NCBI GenBank assembly: GCA_903851135.1
Contig: CAINNK010000021.1
Location: 441 to 64,440 of the forward strand
Direction: 5' to 3'
Length of the DNA stretch: 64,000 bases
From: an uncultured bacterium
GTDB lineage: Bacteria > Patescibacteriota > Minisyncoccia > Moranbacterales > GWC2-37-73
In this document: positions 8,835 through 18,148 of the stretch, piece after piece
Numbering within the stretch: position 1 is the stretch's first letter
Layout: each line of letters starts with the position of its first letter
Notes under the pieces: generated by a model
What the model saw: the letters and a program-made list of their open reading frames with translations, nothing else
Told to the model about the DNA's origin: nothing
Databases searched by the model: none
Program-made: the position numbers and the translations under genes

Positions 8835-9971
8835 CTATTTTTGAAGTTGGTCATCTAAAACTTTTTTCACGTCATCATAAGTGGCTGTCGCTGGCTGCAA
8901 ATCACTGCCAACAAACAAAGCTGGCGTCAATTGAATGCCAAAATCTTGACCGTCTTTTTGCGTGGCGTCAACTTGAGCTTGAAATTGCTTTGTGTCCAAA
9001 CACTTGTTAAAATCAACCACTTTCAATCCCAGACTTGCAGCATAACCCTTGAAGGTAGGGTTAGCGTCTTTGGTTTTTCCCCAAACAGCCTGATTTGCAA
9101 AAAGCTTGTCAGCATAAACCAAGAATTTTCCTTGGGCGTTGGCACATTCCCCAGCCATCGCAGCTTGCGCTCCTAACGTTGAGGCTGTTGGGAAATAATT
9201 CTTAAACACAAATTGAATTTTGTCGCCATAATCCTTAATCATCGGCGCAATAATTGCCTGATAGAATTTTTTGTCGTCAGGGTTTTGGAAATAATTGAAA
9301 GACACAACCTTTACTTTCGCATCAACTGAGCCAAGTGTGATGTCCTGATTTGACACCGTTGGTGCTACTAAATATTTTCCAACCGGAAAGCCAGCTTCAG
9401 CCGATTTGATCGCATAGGCATCACCTTGCTGGTCCAAAAATGGTTGAGCTTTCGCAAACAATTCAGTCTTTTCAATTTCTTTGGAAAAAATGAAGGCTGG
9501 AATTGTCTTGAGCTTAAATTGCGCAATCAATTTTTTGCCTTCAGTTGAGTTGACGTCAATTTTTTGAGTCAGCATGGTTGGCAGCGCTCCCTTTAACCCA
9601 ACCAAAACTTCGTCCGGCTTGCAAGCCTCGCCGCAAGCATCATCACTGACGACTTTGATTGTCACCATAGGCTCAGTATAAGCTACCCAGGTCTTACCAC
9701 TTGATTGAAAAACATCGGTGCTATTAAGAGCTTTCTGAGAAAAACCTCCGCCGCGTGCCAACTGAATCACATCAACAAACAAACTACCAACAAACAAACC
9801 TGCCAGCAAAATCACCATTGAAATCAGATTTTTGATTTTGTGATTTTTTTCATCAATTGAATCAATCAAAACTTCTTCCACTGATTGATCAGGGTCAACA
9901 AAAATTTCTTCTTCATGTTTGCTGAGTTCTTCTTTCAAAATTTCAGCCTCCCTAATTTCTTTTTCATCCAT
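8835..9971 (-). CDS. Membrane-anchored thioredoxin-fold (DsbA-like) protein
   Basis: N-terminal TM helix followed by a roughly 300-aa exported domain with DsbA-like segment architecture. No clean CxxC motif is seen. Confidence 0.4.
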   Translation of the reverse strand: MDEKEIREAEILKEELSKHEEEIFVDPDQSVEEVLIDSIDEKNHKIKNLISMVILLAGLFVGSLFVDVIQLARGGGFSQKALNSTDVFQSSGKTWVAYTEPMVTIKVVSDDACGEACKPDEVLVGLKGALPTMLTQKIDVNSTEGKKLIAQFKLKTIPAFIFSKEIEKTELFAKAQPFLDQQGDAYAIKSAEAGFPVGKYLVAPTVSNQDITLGSVDAKVKVVSFNYFQNPDDKKFYQAIIAPMIKDYGDKIQFVFKNYFPTASTLGAQAAMAGECANAQGKFLVYADKLFANQAVWGKTKDANPTFKGYAASLGLKVVDFNKCLDTKQFQAQVDATQKDGQDFGIQLTPALFVGSDLQPATATYDDVKKVLDDQLQK

Positions 9972-10038
9972 ATGATTTACGTTAAAATTATATTTAGTAG
10001 ACTACTGCTTATTAATTAAAGTTACTAGTTACTGATTA

Positions 10039-10533
10039 CTAGTTACTATTTATTGCTGGTTGTTGACTTTGTGTTGCATCTTGCGTAGTTTTCTGCTGAG
10101 CTGCTTGCCGCAAAAGATTACTCTTGAGTTCGGCAATATTGTAGCGCTGCACTTTAGCAGGAATCTGATAGTCATTAAAACCAATCGTGATTTTTTTCAC
10201 CGCTTCAGTTTTGACTGTAATGCCAATCAAGATTCCAAGAATAAAAAACAAAGAGAGTTCAAAAACCAAATCTTTCTTTTTCTTCTTTACTAAATCTTGT
10301 TGACTTTGAAATTTTTCAACTTTTATTTCAACCTGTCGAACTTCTTCAGTTTTTTCTTTTTCATTTTCAGTTTCAGTCTCAAAAATCATTTCGGGAGACT
10401 CCTGTTCTTCAGATGACTCTTGATTATATTCTTTTTCCAATTCAAATTCCATTTTCTCCAATTGCTCTTCCCTTTTTTTATCCAAGTGCATAGGCCTATT
10501 TTTATTGGTTAATTTACATCCATAGCTTACCAC
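10039..10533 (-). CDS. Hypothetical acidic protein with one TM helix; the true start is probably an internal Met
   Basis: ORF only; Glu-rich N-terminus then the hydrophobic segment LSLFFILGILIGI. Confidence 0.3.
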   Translation of the reverse strand: MVSYGCKLTNKNRPMHLDKKREEQLEKMEFELEKEYNQESSEEQESPEMIFETETENEKEKTEEVRQVEIKVEKFQSQQDLVKKKKKDLVFELSLFFILGILIGITVKTEAVKKITIGFNDYQIPAKVQRYNIAELKSNLLRQAAQQKTTQDATQSQQPAINSN

Positions 10534-10581
10534 AACCCCATGAAACCTACAACTTGCGCAGGTTTTTGATTTATTGTGTAA

Positions 10582-10609
10582 TAAAAAAGGCTTCTCGTCA
10601 GAGAAGCCT
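10582..10609 (-). terminator. Rho-independent terminator (ggcttctc-gtca-gagaagcc) followed by T-run on the minus strand
   Basis: 8-bp stem plus T6 revcomp tract just downstream of the 10633 stop. Confidence 0.6.
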
Positions 10610-10632
10610 AAATAAAAAACACTTTCTTGCCT

Positions 10633-10977
10633 TTACTGAATTTCAACGGTCAGCCTTGAGCATTGTTTTTTCAAAAACGCCAAAAACTCTGTAAAAAATA
10701 ATTTTGGCGTTACAAGGGGTACATAAATCACCAACACAATAGCAGCAAAAACATACATAGCTGGCTCTGCTATCGTGCGAAACATAAACATCTTAAGGAA
10801 CTTTAGAAAGAAAGCACCAGTGTTCATTTTTACTGGAATTTTCTCCCAATATTCGTAGCAAAAGGCAGTCCTGTAAAGAAAGCCGTCCTTTTTAATCTTC
10901 ATCCTCAATCCCCCTTTTTTTGCTAAAAGCAAATTTTTGATTTTGCAACCAAGAAATAAACAACTCAAAATTAACAT
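10633..10977 (-). CDS. Hypothetical small membrane protein
   Basis: ORF with a C-terminal hydrophobic helix. Confidence 0.3.
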   Translation of the reverse strand: MLILSCLFLGCKIKNLLLAKKGGLRMKIKKDGFLYRTAFCYEYWEKIPVKMNTGAFFLKFLKMFMFRTIAEPAMYVFAAIVLVIYVPLVTPKLFFTEFLAFLKKQCSRLTVEIQ

Positions 10978-11151
10978 TTTACTGTTCCGATATTAACTTT
11001 TATTCACTAATTTGTCAAATGCATTGCAAAGCCAAAACAGCAAAAAAACCTCCAATAAAGGGTTTTTTGAGAAAAATTATTGCATTATCCGAAAATAGCT
11101 CTAAGGAGGATCAGCCATGCAACAATATAACCATATAACAATTTTGCATTT

Positions 11152-12408
11152 CTATTCCTTCCTCAACGCCTCCATCGGCGAAAGTTGGGAGGCTTTATAG
11201 GCTGGATAAAAGCCAAAGATAATGCCAGTGGCCATGGAAAAACCAGTAGCCAAGGCAATTGAACCAAAAGTGACTGGGAAGTTGAGCTTAAATCCTGCTG
11301 CAGCGAGGCCATAGGAAAGACCGAAAGAAATTAAATAGCCCAAGATAATGCCAGCAACTCCCCCAATCAAAGTGATGAAAATCGCTTCCAACAAAAACTG
11401 ATTGCGAATGTCAGCCGCCGTGGCGCCAACCGCTTTGCGCAGACCGATTTCAAAAGTTCGCTCCACCACCGCCACATACATTACGTTCATAATCCCAACC
11501 CCGCCCACAATCAAAGAAATCGAAGTCAACGCCAACAGCAAAATATTAATCGTGCCAAAAACGTCCCCAATGATTTTTTGCGCTTCCTGAATAGTGGAAA
11601 CTGAAAAATCCTCCTGTTCGGCTTTTGGCGTCTTATGTTGTCGCTTGAGTGCGTCACTCACATCAGCCGCGGTCACGTCAATCATGTTAGCATCTTTCAC
11701 TTTGAGCATAATCATGCGCACATAATCAATGCCTAAGATTTTTTTCTGCAAAGTTTGCACTGGCATATAAATCAGCTCGTCGTAGTTGAAAAAAGTCACC
11801 GCGCCTCTTTTCTCCAAAACCCCAATCACCCGAAAATTCATGCCCTTGATTTTGATAGTTTTGCCAAGCGCATCTTCACTGCCAAACAAAGCATCTTTGA
11901 TGTCGCTGCCAATCACCACGACTTGCGACAAACCATTATCATCACCTTGAGAATAAAAATCTCCCTCCGCTATTTTAGTAGCCCCATCAATCAAAGCATA
12001 GTCAGCACCTGTTCCAAAAATCATGGCTTGCTTGTTTTGATTTTGATAAGTGGTCAAGCCTTGTCCAATGTCTATTGGAGAAAATTTATCAATATTGGGA
12101 ATTTTTTTGATCGCCTCACCATCTGCAATTTTCAGGGTTGTAATTTGGATTCCTTGCGCCTGACCGGTGGCATTGGCCGAAGAAGTCTTGTCCGTGGCTG
12201 GAACTTTGGTTTCCACTTGGATAATGTCATTACCAAAACTGCTAACTTGTCCCAGGATATATTCCTTCACACCCTGCCCACTGGAAGTCACCACAATCAC
12301 TGACAAAATCCCAATGATTATTCCGACCAAAGTCAAAACTGTCCGACCGATATTTTTCGTCAGGTTGCCAAAAGCTAATCTTATTGCAATTAAAAATCTT
12401 TTAAACAT
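11152..12408 (-). CDS. ABC transporter permease, FtsX/MacB-type (4 TM helices and a periplasmic domain)
   Basis: N-terminal TM, large extracytoplasmic domain, and C-terminal FtsX-like TM bundle (GVGIMNVMYVAVVERTFEIGLRKAVGA). Confidence 0.8.
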   Translation of the reverse strand: MFKRFLIAIRLAFGNLTKNIGRTVLTLVGIIIGILSVIVVTSSGQGVKEYILGQVSSFGNDIIQVETKVPATDKTSSANATGQAQGIQITTLKIADGEAIKKIPNIDKFSPIDIGQGLTTYQNQNKQAMIFGTGADYALIDGATKIAEGDFYSQGDDNGLSQVVVIGSDIKDALFGSEDALGKTIKIKGMNFRVIGVLEKRGAVTFFNYDELIYMPVQTLQKKILGIDYVRMIMLKVKDANMIDVTAADVSDALKRQHKTPKAEQEDFSVSTIQEAQKIIGDVFGTINILLLALTSISLIVGGVGIMNVMYVAVVERTFEIGLRKAVGATAADIRNQFLLEAIFITLIGGVAGIILGYLISFGLSYGLAAAGFKLNFPVTFGSIALATGFSMATGIIFGFYPAYKASQLSPMEALRKE

Positions 12409-12421
12409 AACACCTATGACT

Positions 12422-12536
12422 CAAGTCCTAAATCCTAATTTCCAATTTCCAATAAAGTTCTAAATCCTAAATCTTAATTTTTTGACATTTGGATTTTAGA
12501 TTTTATTAGACATTAGACATTGAGATTTAGGGTTTT
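12422..12536. repeat. Family-A AT-rich palindromic intergenic repeat, copy 1; short form lacking the GC-rich core
   Basis: Shares aaatcctaatttccaa...taaatcctaaat...acatttggattttagattt...attagacatt with 4 other loci. Confidence 0.7.
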
Positions 12537-12546
12537 TGAATTATAA

Positions 12547-13788
12547 TTATTCATATCTTAACGCTTCCATCGGAGAAATTCGCGAAGCCTTGCGAGCTGG
12601 GTATAGTCCAAACAAAACGCCAATCAAAACTGAAACCGAAGTTGCAATCACAATAGAACTAAATGAAATAATAAACTGCCAACTATATCCCAAGGCATTA
12701 ATAATAATCGAAGCTAAAAATGAAATCAGGACTCCAAAAATAATTCCGATCGCACCACCCAACAAAGTCAAGAAAATTGATTCAATCAAAAATTGCAAGA
12801 TGATGTGCCGAGATCTGGCTCCGACCGCTTTGCGCAAACCGATTTCCCGAATGCGCTGATTGACCGAAATGAGCATAATATTCATGATTCCAATGCCACC
12901 CACCAAAAGTGAAATTCCCGCGATGCCAGCCAGAAAATATTTCAAAACGTTGGTGATATTAGTAATGGTGGCCAAAGCTTGCGCCGTGTTGCGCACCGAA
13001 AAATCATCATCAATGATATTTTTGATTTTATGTTGCGTTCTCAGGGTGTACTCAATGTCAACAGCAGCCCGATCAAGATTGTCAGCTGAATCAATTTTAA
13101 CCCGCATGAAATTGATGTAGTTGATGCCCAACAAAATTTTCTGGGCTGTTTCCAGTGGAATATACGTCAGATTGTCCGTGTTAGTAAAACCACTAGCACC
13201 TCTTTTTTCAAAAAGTCCAATCACTGTGAAATTAGTGTCTTTCAAGGAAAAAACTTTTCCAATTGGATCTTCGCTACCAAAAAGTAAGGTCGCTTGATCG
13301 GGCCCCAAAACGGCGACCTTAGCCAATCCTGCTTCTTCTTCAGTTGTGAAAAATCGGCCAACCTTGAGCGTGACACTTTCGACATTAGGAAAACTTGGTG
13401 AAACCCCTTGAAAACTGGCTTCATTGGAATTATTTTTGTATTTCTCCGAAGCCACTCCGCTGACATAGCCGCAACCATCAATCGCATTAGGCACATTCTT
13501 TTTTTCCAAAATTGCTTGCAAATCACTTTCTTTCAAAGTGGTGATCACAATTCCCAACGCCGAAGCAGGCGGTCCTTTGCTGTCAGAAGCCCCAGGCAAA
13601 ACTCCAATCAAATTAGAACCAATTCCGGAAACTTGATCCAAAATAAGCCGCTGGGCACTCGCGCCAATGGCCATCACCACAATCACTGAAGCAATCCCGA
13701 TAATAATTCCCAAAATCGTCAAAAACGAGCGGAACTTTGAAGCCAGCAGGTTATTGTAGGAAATTTTTATGGGTGAAGAGAGTTTCAT
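12547..13788 (-). CDS. ABC transporter permease, FtsX/MacB-type (second paralogous copy)
   Basis: Same architecture as 11152..12408, including the motif GIGIMNIMLISVNQRIREIGLRKAVGA. Confidence 0.8.
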   Translation of the reverse strand: MKLSSPIKISYNNLLASKFRSFLTILGIIIGIASVIVVMAIGASAQRLILDQVSGIGSNLIGVLPGASDSKGPPASALGIVITTLKESDLQAILEKKNVPNAIDGCGYVSGVASEKYKNNSNEASFQGVSPSFPNVESVTLKVGRFFTTEEEAGLAKVAVLGPDQATLLFGSEDPIGKVFSLKDTNFTVIGLFEKRGASGFTNTDNLTYIPLETAQKILLGINYINFMRVKIDSADNLDRAAVDIEYTLRTQHKIKNIIDDDFSVRNTAQALATITNITNVLKYFLAGIAGISLLVGGIGIMNIMLISVNQRIREIGLRKAVGARSRHIILQFLIESIFLTLLGGAIGIIFGVLISFLASIIINALGYSWQFIISFSSIVIATSVSVLIGVLFGLYPARKASRISPMEALRYE

Positions 13789-13939
13789 GTAAATTTATAC
13801 CTTGTCTATTTTCAAAAAAGAGAATGGAAAATGTAAATCTCAAAAATCAAAATGACAATTCAAAATTAAAAATTATCAAACGCATGAAAAATTTTACATT
13901 TTACAATGTCATTTTTCATTTTGATTTTTGCTTTTTAAT

Positions 13940-14665
13940 TTATTTCAAAAGTGTGCCTTCCCCATCAGCAATCAAGCGATCACTGACCAGTTCGTCAGAA
14001 ACAATGCGTCCGTCTTTCATGTTCAAAATTCGCTTGGCATGACGAGCAGTATAAGTTTCATGCGTCACCAAAATCACGGTGTGTCCAGCGTCATTGAGTT
14101 TTTGCAAAATCTTCATCACCGCCAGTCCTGATTTTGAATCCAAGTTTCCCGTTGGCTCATCGGCAAAAATAACTTCTGGGCTATTAACCAAGGCCCGTGC
14201 AATTGCCACCCGCTGTTTTTCTCCTCCGGAAAGTTGATTGGAGAGATAGTCTGTACGATGACTCATGTCAACCGCCGCCAAAGCTTTGGTAATTTTTTCT
14301 TTATTATTAACTTCCAAATGATCTTCGTCATAAAGGAGTGGCAATTCCGTGTTTTCATAGACCGTGGTGCGAGGCAAAAGATTGAAAGACTGAAAAACAA
14401 AACCAATTTTTTTGTTACGAATTTTGGCCAGCTCATCATCGGTGTATTGGGTGATATTTTTTCCTTCCAGTAAATAAGTACCTTCTGTCGGACGATCCAG
14501 CATGCCCAAAATTTGCATCAGGGTTGACTTGCCAGAACCCGACGGACCCATAATGGAAATGAACTCCCCTTTTTGAATTTCAAAACTCACATCAAAAAGC
14601 ACCGGAGTTTTCACTCCTTCGGTTTCATAAGTCTTGCTTAAATTTTGGACAGAGATTAGTGGCAT
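13940..14665 (-). CDS. ABC transporter ATP-binding protein (MacB/LolD/YknY-like)
   Basis: Walker A GPSGSGKST, signature LSGGEKQR, Walker B ILVTHE. Confidence 0.9.
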   Translation of the reverse strand: MPLISVQNLSKTYETEGVKTPVLFDVSFEIQKGEFISIMGPSGSGKSTLMQILGMLDRPTEGTYLLEGKNITQYTDDELAKIRNKKIGFVFQSFNLLPRTTVYENTELPLLYDEDHLEVNNKEKITKALAAVDMSHRTDYLSNQLSGGEKQRVAIARALVNSPEVIFADEPTGNLDSKSGLAVMKILQKLNDAGHTVILVTHETYTARHAKRILNMKDGRIVSDELVSDRLIADGEGTLLK

Positions 14666-14909
14666 AGGATTTAGACAGATTTTAGATTATAGATTATGGA
14701 TTTCTCAAGACCCGACTAAATTACGAATCTTTTACTAATATACGAATTGTTTGCCATCACCACATTAGTATATTCGTAAAAGATTAGTAAATTCGTGGGG
14801 TATATTTTTTCCTTTCAACCTTCCTCCCCTATCCACGGCTTAACCAAGCCACAAACACGACAGGAATTTCGAAAGACTGTAGCACGTGGTCGTACTCGAC
14901 TTTATTTGC

Positions 14910-14938
14910 TTGACAAAATGGCTATTTGGGAGTATAAT
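14910..14938 (+). promoter_or_regulatory. Consensus sigma70 promoter TTGACA-17-TATAAT on the plus strand, antisense to the surrounding operon
   Basis: TTGACA at 14910-14915, 17-nt spacer, TATAAT at 14933-14938. Confidence 0.6.
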
Positions 14939-15006
14939 TAAACATCGTAGTTCTTTTTTAATCTTCAATAACTTAAAGGCTCAATAAAGCCAAGGGATGG
15001 AAAAAA

Positions 15007-15273
15007 GTGAAAATTAAAGATAGTGTATTTTTAAAAATAATAGCGCTTCAGTTTATCCTAGTGGTTTCATTAGACACAATGTCTGGCGGCAATTTACTTA
15101 TGTATATTTGCTATGCCATCTGCGTCATTTCACTTTTTTCAATCTTTATTTTCTTGGTTTATAGGTCAATATGGTGCCAGTGCAAAATATCAGTTTCATC
15201 CGACAACAAGGATGGATGCTTGCGCTGCGGAAAACCATTCAAACCAAAACGCCCACAATTACCGTTTACTTAG
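15007..15273 (+). CDS. Small membrane protein with a Cys-rich tail (CxC...CxxC), 88 aa from GTG or 64 aa from an internal ATG
   Basis: ORF 60 nt downstream of the consensus promoter; AAGGGA lies 9 nt upstream of the GTG; one predicted TM helix. Confidence 0.35.
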   Translation: MKIKDSVFLKIIALQFILVVSLDTMSGGNLLMYICYAICVISLFSIFIFLVYRSIWCQCKISVSSDNKDGCLRCGKPFKPKRPQLPFT

Positions 15274-15360
15274 CTCGTCGTACTCTCAAGTGTTGATTCT
15301 AACACTGCCAGAGTACCTCGGGCTTTTTTATTCCCAAATTTTCAACCCACCCACACTTTC

Positions 15361-15403
15361 TTATTTGTAGATTTGTAGCCAATTCGTAGATTTGTGGGTT
15401 CTT
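15361..15403. repeat. 43-bp repeat ttatttgtagatttgtagccaattcgtagatttgtgggttctt (family G, copy 1), 3' of macA-like gene and small ORF
   Basis: Matches 29849-29891 with 2 mismatches. Confidence 0.75.
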
Positions 15404-15432
15404 CTTACATTTGTAATTCTTAGTGAGACAAC

Positions 15433-16464
15433 CTATTTAGTAGTCACAAACGTCACCACTTTCTCGCCACCTTTAAGTCCAGAGGTAATTTCCACCATGC
15501 CATCATCTCCTTCCAAACCAGTCTGAACATAAGACTTTTTGGTCGTGTTGTCGACAGTTTGCAAAACATCAACATATTTCTTGTCACCGTCAGTTTTGAT
15601 GGCTCGAGATGGAACTGAAATCACGTTGTCCCTCTGGGCGGTGGCGATGTCGAGATTAGCGCTCATGCCAGCCTTGAAGCGTGGATCCAAATTTTCAAAT
15701 TTCAATTTAATGCGATAATAAACCACGCCTTGAATTTCTGTCGAAGCCGGATCAATTTTGAAAACACTAGCCTTAAAAATATCATTGGCGGTCAGGGCAT
15801 CCAAAGTCACATCAACACCTTGGCCAATCGCCACCTTGGCGATGTCAGATTCAGGGATGTTCGATTCAATCAGCAAATCATCCTTTTGAATCACCGTCAA
15901 AATCGGACTGTTTAAATTCAAAACCACGGTTTCACCCGGATTAGCATTACGCTTGGTTACAATGCCATCGAAAGGTGCCAGCAAATCAACTTCCTTCAAT
16001 TGGTCTTGGATAACGCTGACTGAAGCTTGCGCTTGATCAACCATAGCTCGTTGAGCATCCCGTTGCTGAACTGTGGAGGCTTTTTTGTGATTTAACATAT
16101 TGCTCAAGGTGCTTTTCTGCACCAACAATTGAGCTTGAGAAACCCGCAATTGAGAAAGCAAAGTTCCAGTATCGATGGTGGCCAGTTTTTCGCCTTGCGT
16201 AATTTGATCACCTACATCAACCATGATACTTTTGAGCGTGCCAGTTGTCTTGAAGGACATGTCAATTTGTTGATCAGGATTGAGAGTGCCAGTAGCAGAA
16301 ACAGTTCGTAGCAAAGTTCCTCTGATAGCATCAGCTGTGGTGTAGGTTGTAACTGGTTTTTTACTTTTAAAATAAAAAACAATTCCGCCAACGATAACGA
16401 CAGCGATCACAATCCAAATTATCCATTTTTTTGTTTTTGCCATAAAAAATAAAATTTTAAACAA
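15433..16464 (-). CDS. Efflux periplasmic adaptor, HlyD/MacA/YknX family
   Basis: N-terminal TM anchor, coiled-coil region, lipoyl/beta-barrel-like C-terminal domains. Confidence 0.8.
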   Translation of the reverse strand: MFKILFFMAKTKKWIIWIVIAVVIVGGIVFYFKSKKPVTTYTTADAIRGTLLRTVSATGTLNPDQQIDMSFKTTGTLKSIMVDVGDQITQGEKLATIDTGTLLSQLRVSQAQLLVQKSTLSNMLNHKKASTVQQRDAQRAMVDQAQASVSVIQDQLKEVDLLAPFDGIVTKRNANPGETVVLNLNSPILTVIQKDDLLIESNIPESDIAKVAIGQGVDVTLDALTANDIFKASVFKIDPASTEIQGVVYYRIKLKFENLDPRFKAGMSANLDIATAQRDNVISVPSRAIKTDGDKKYVDVLQTVDNTTKKSYVQTGLEGDDGMVEITSGLKGGEKVVTFVTTK

Positions 16465-16475
16465 TAAATAAACTT

Positions 16476-16616
16476 TAAATCCTAAATCTAAATTTCTAAT
16501 TTCTCACCCAAAGGGTGATCAGCCTCTGGCTGACAATAAAGTCCTAAATCCTAATTTTTGACATTTGGATTTTAGATTTTATTAGTCATTGGATATTTAG
16601 ATTTAAGATTTCTAAA
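16476..16616. repeat. Family-A repeat, copy 2; long form containing the GC-rich double-hairpin core tcacccaaagggtga-tcagcctctggctga
   Basis: About 140 bp, almost exactly the reverse complement of 52100-52252. Confidence 0.8.
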
Positions 16617-16680
16617 TATTGCTTGTTCTTTGTATCTTAACTATTTAATTTAAACTATTTTAATCTTTAAACTTTAATTT

Positions 16681-17112
16681 TTATAAAAGCAAACTTTGTT
16701 TATTCTTGCTATCCAGCGCCTCATTAACTAAAGCGTCGGCGATTTTGTTTTTTTCACGCAGCACATGCGTAAAGGTTACCTTTTCAAACTCCAACATCAA
16801 GTTCCAGATTTCAATGAAATATTGCTGAATGCGAGGCTCTTTAAGCTTATACTCATGGCCGAGCTGTTTTACAACCAACTCGCTATCCAAAAAACAAGCG
16901 ATCGTTGCCTGCTTAGCCGGCACATTGCCCAGCAATTGCTTTAATTTTTTCAACCCAAAAATCAGCGCTTCATATTCTGCGTCATTGTTGGTCTTGATAC
17001 CAATACACTGCCCATATTTTTTTTCCAAAGTTTGGATGTATACTCCAATTCCAGCCGGCCCCGGATTGCCTCGCGATCCACCATCCGTGAACATGATAAT
17101 TTCCTTTTGCAT
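16681..17112 (-). CDS. rnhA: Ribonuclease HI
   Basis: FTDGGSRGNPGPAGIG ... NNDAEYEAL ... catalytic DEDD layout. Confidence 0.85.
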   Translation of the reverse strand: MQKEIIMFTDGGSRGNPGPAGIGVYIQTLEKKYGQCIGIKTNNDAEYEALIFGLKKLKQLLGNVPAKQATIACFLDSELVVKQLGHEYKLKEPRIQQYFIEIWNLMLEFEKVTFTHVLREKNKIADALVNEALDSKNKQSLLL

Positions 17113-17256
17113 GGTTTTTCTAGTAGCGTAATTAATGAGAATCTAAACATCCTCAATCATTTATCAATGTTTTTATTTTAGCATTTTTGAACTTTTAAAG
17201 CAATAAAAAAATCCAACGCAAGATTGAATTTTGTATATTATATATTGCCTGCTTTT

Positions 17257-18039
17257 TTAAACCAACCTTGCCGTCAGATAACCAATCCCGAAAGGCCCTT
17301 CATAGCTTAAAAGTTTGAAAGCATATTTCTCCTCGTGAATTGCCCCCATCAGGATCACAATACTGCGAATGCCGCACTCGGCAACTTCCTCCACAACTTC
17401 CTTATGCATATTCATGATGCTGAGCAAATTGTTTTCACCAAGATGATGAATGATGGCGCGATCAAAAATTTCTCCCTCTGGGGAAAAACCAGCCGGAGCC
17501 CCAAGCATGAGCCGATGTGAAAGTTCCCCACTGGCAATAATAGCAATACGTTTGGAATTTTTCTTCCCCACAATACTTTCAATGATTTGACCATAACGAA
17601 AATGCTGCTGATAACTCATCAGCGAAAAAGAAAGATGTACTATTTTTGGATCTATATTCTTCGTCAAATGATAAAGCGGAATGAGCGTTCCATAGTCAAG
17701 CGGGTTCTGATGCAGATGAGCCGAGATATCATCAATTCGGCAATTCTGTCTAATCCTATTCGCAATTTCTGTGTCATTTTTATATTCAAATGATTTAGCG
17801 AGTCCGAAATCCGCAAAACTTCCAACCAGTTTGGGGGAGGAATTAATGACAAATGAATAAGGTTGCAATTCAGAATGAGGCGAAATTATGACAATCGTGT
17901 CAGGGGCGGCCCGCTCTAAATCAACCCTTAATTGTTCAAAGGCTGTCAATGTTTTTTTGACTTTTTCGATATCCTTGATTGCGCCTATGCCAGGAATGCT
18001 TTCTGGCGGATGAGGCACGATAGCAGCAAAAACAATCAT
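17257..18039 (-). CDS. Class III extradiol dioxygenase subunit-B-like (LigB/DODA-YgiD family) protein
   Basis: AAIVPHPPE, IISPHSE and IIASGELSHRL match the conserved His-containing segments of PF02900-type enzymes. Confidence 0.6.
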   Translation of the reverse strand: MIVFAAIVPHPPESIPGIGAIKDIEKVKKTLTAFEQLRVDLERAAPDTIVIISPHSELQPYSFVINSSPKLVGSFADFGLAKSFEYKNDTEIANRIRQNCRIDDISAHLHQNPLDYGTLIPLYHLTKNIDPKIVHLSFSLMSYQQHFRYGQIIESIVGKKNSKRIAIIASGELSHRLMLGAPAGFSPEGEIFDRAIIHHLGENNLLSIMNMHKEVVEEVAECGIRSIVILMGAIHEEKYAFKLLSYEGPFGIGYLTARLV

Positions 18040-18148
18040 ATTTTTGTTGAAAAAATTTTCAAAGATATTTTATATTACTACAATGAATATTTGATAATAT
18101 TTCAAACTAACAATCCAGCGATAAAACCAGCACGAGACATTTGGTTAA

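Noticed and set aside
11117-11200. 27-aa ORF with AAGGAGG RBS on the plus strand
   Set aside because: Overlaps the 3' end of the FtsX permease gene in antisense; too short and unconserved-looking to call.
12422-12536. Possible CRISPR array, given the many short repeated motifs in spacers
   Set aside because: Repeats are imperfect, palindromic and AT-rich with no regular repeat-spacer periodicity and no cas genes, so they are MITE/REP-like.
15313-15340. Intrinsic terminator after the small ORF at 15007..15273
   Set aside because: The stem is only a 5/6 match (gccaga/tcgggc) before the T-run, too weak to call confidently.
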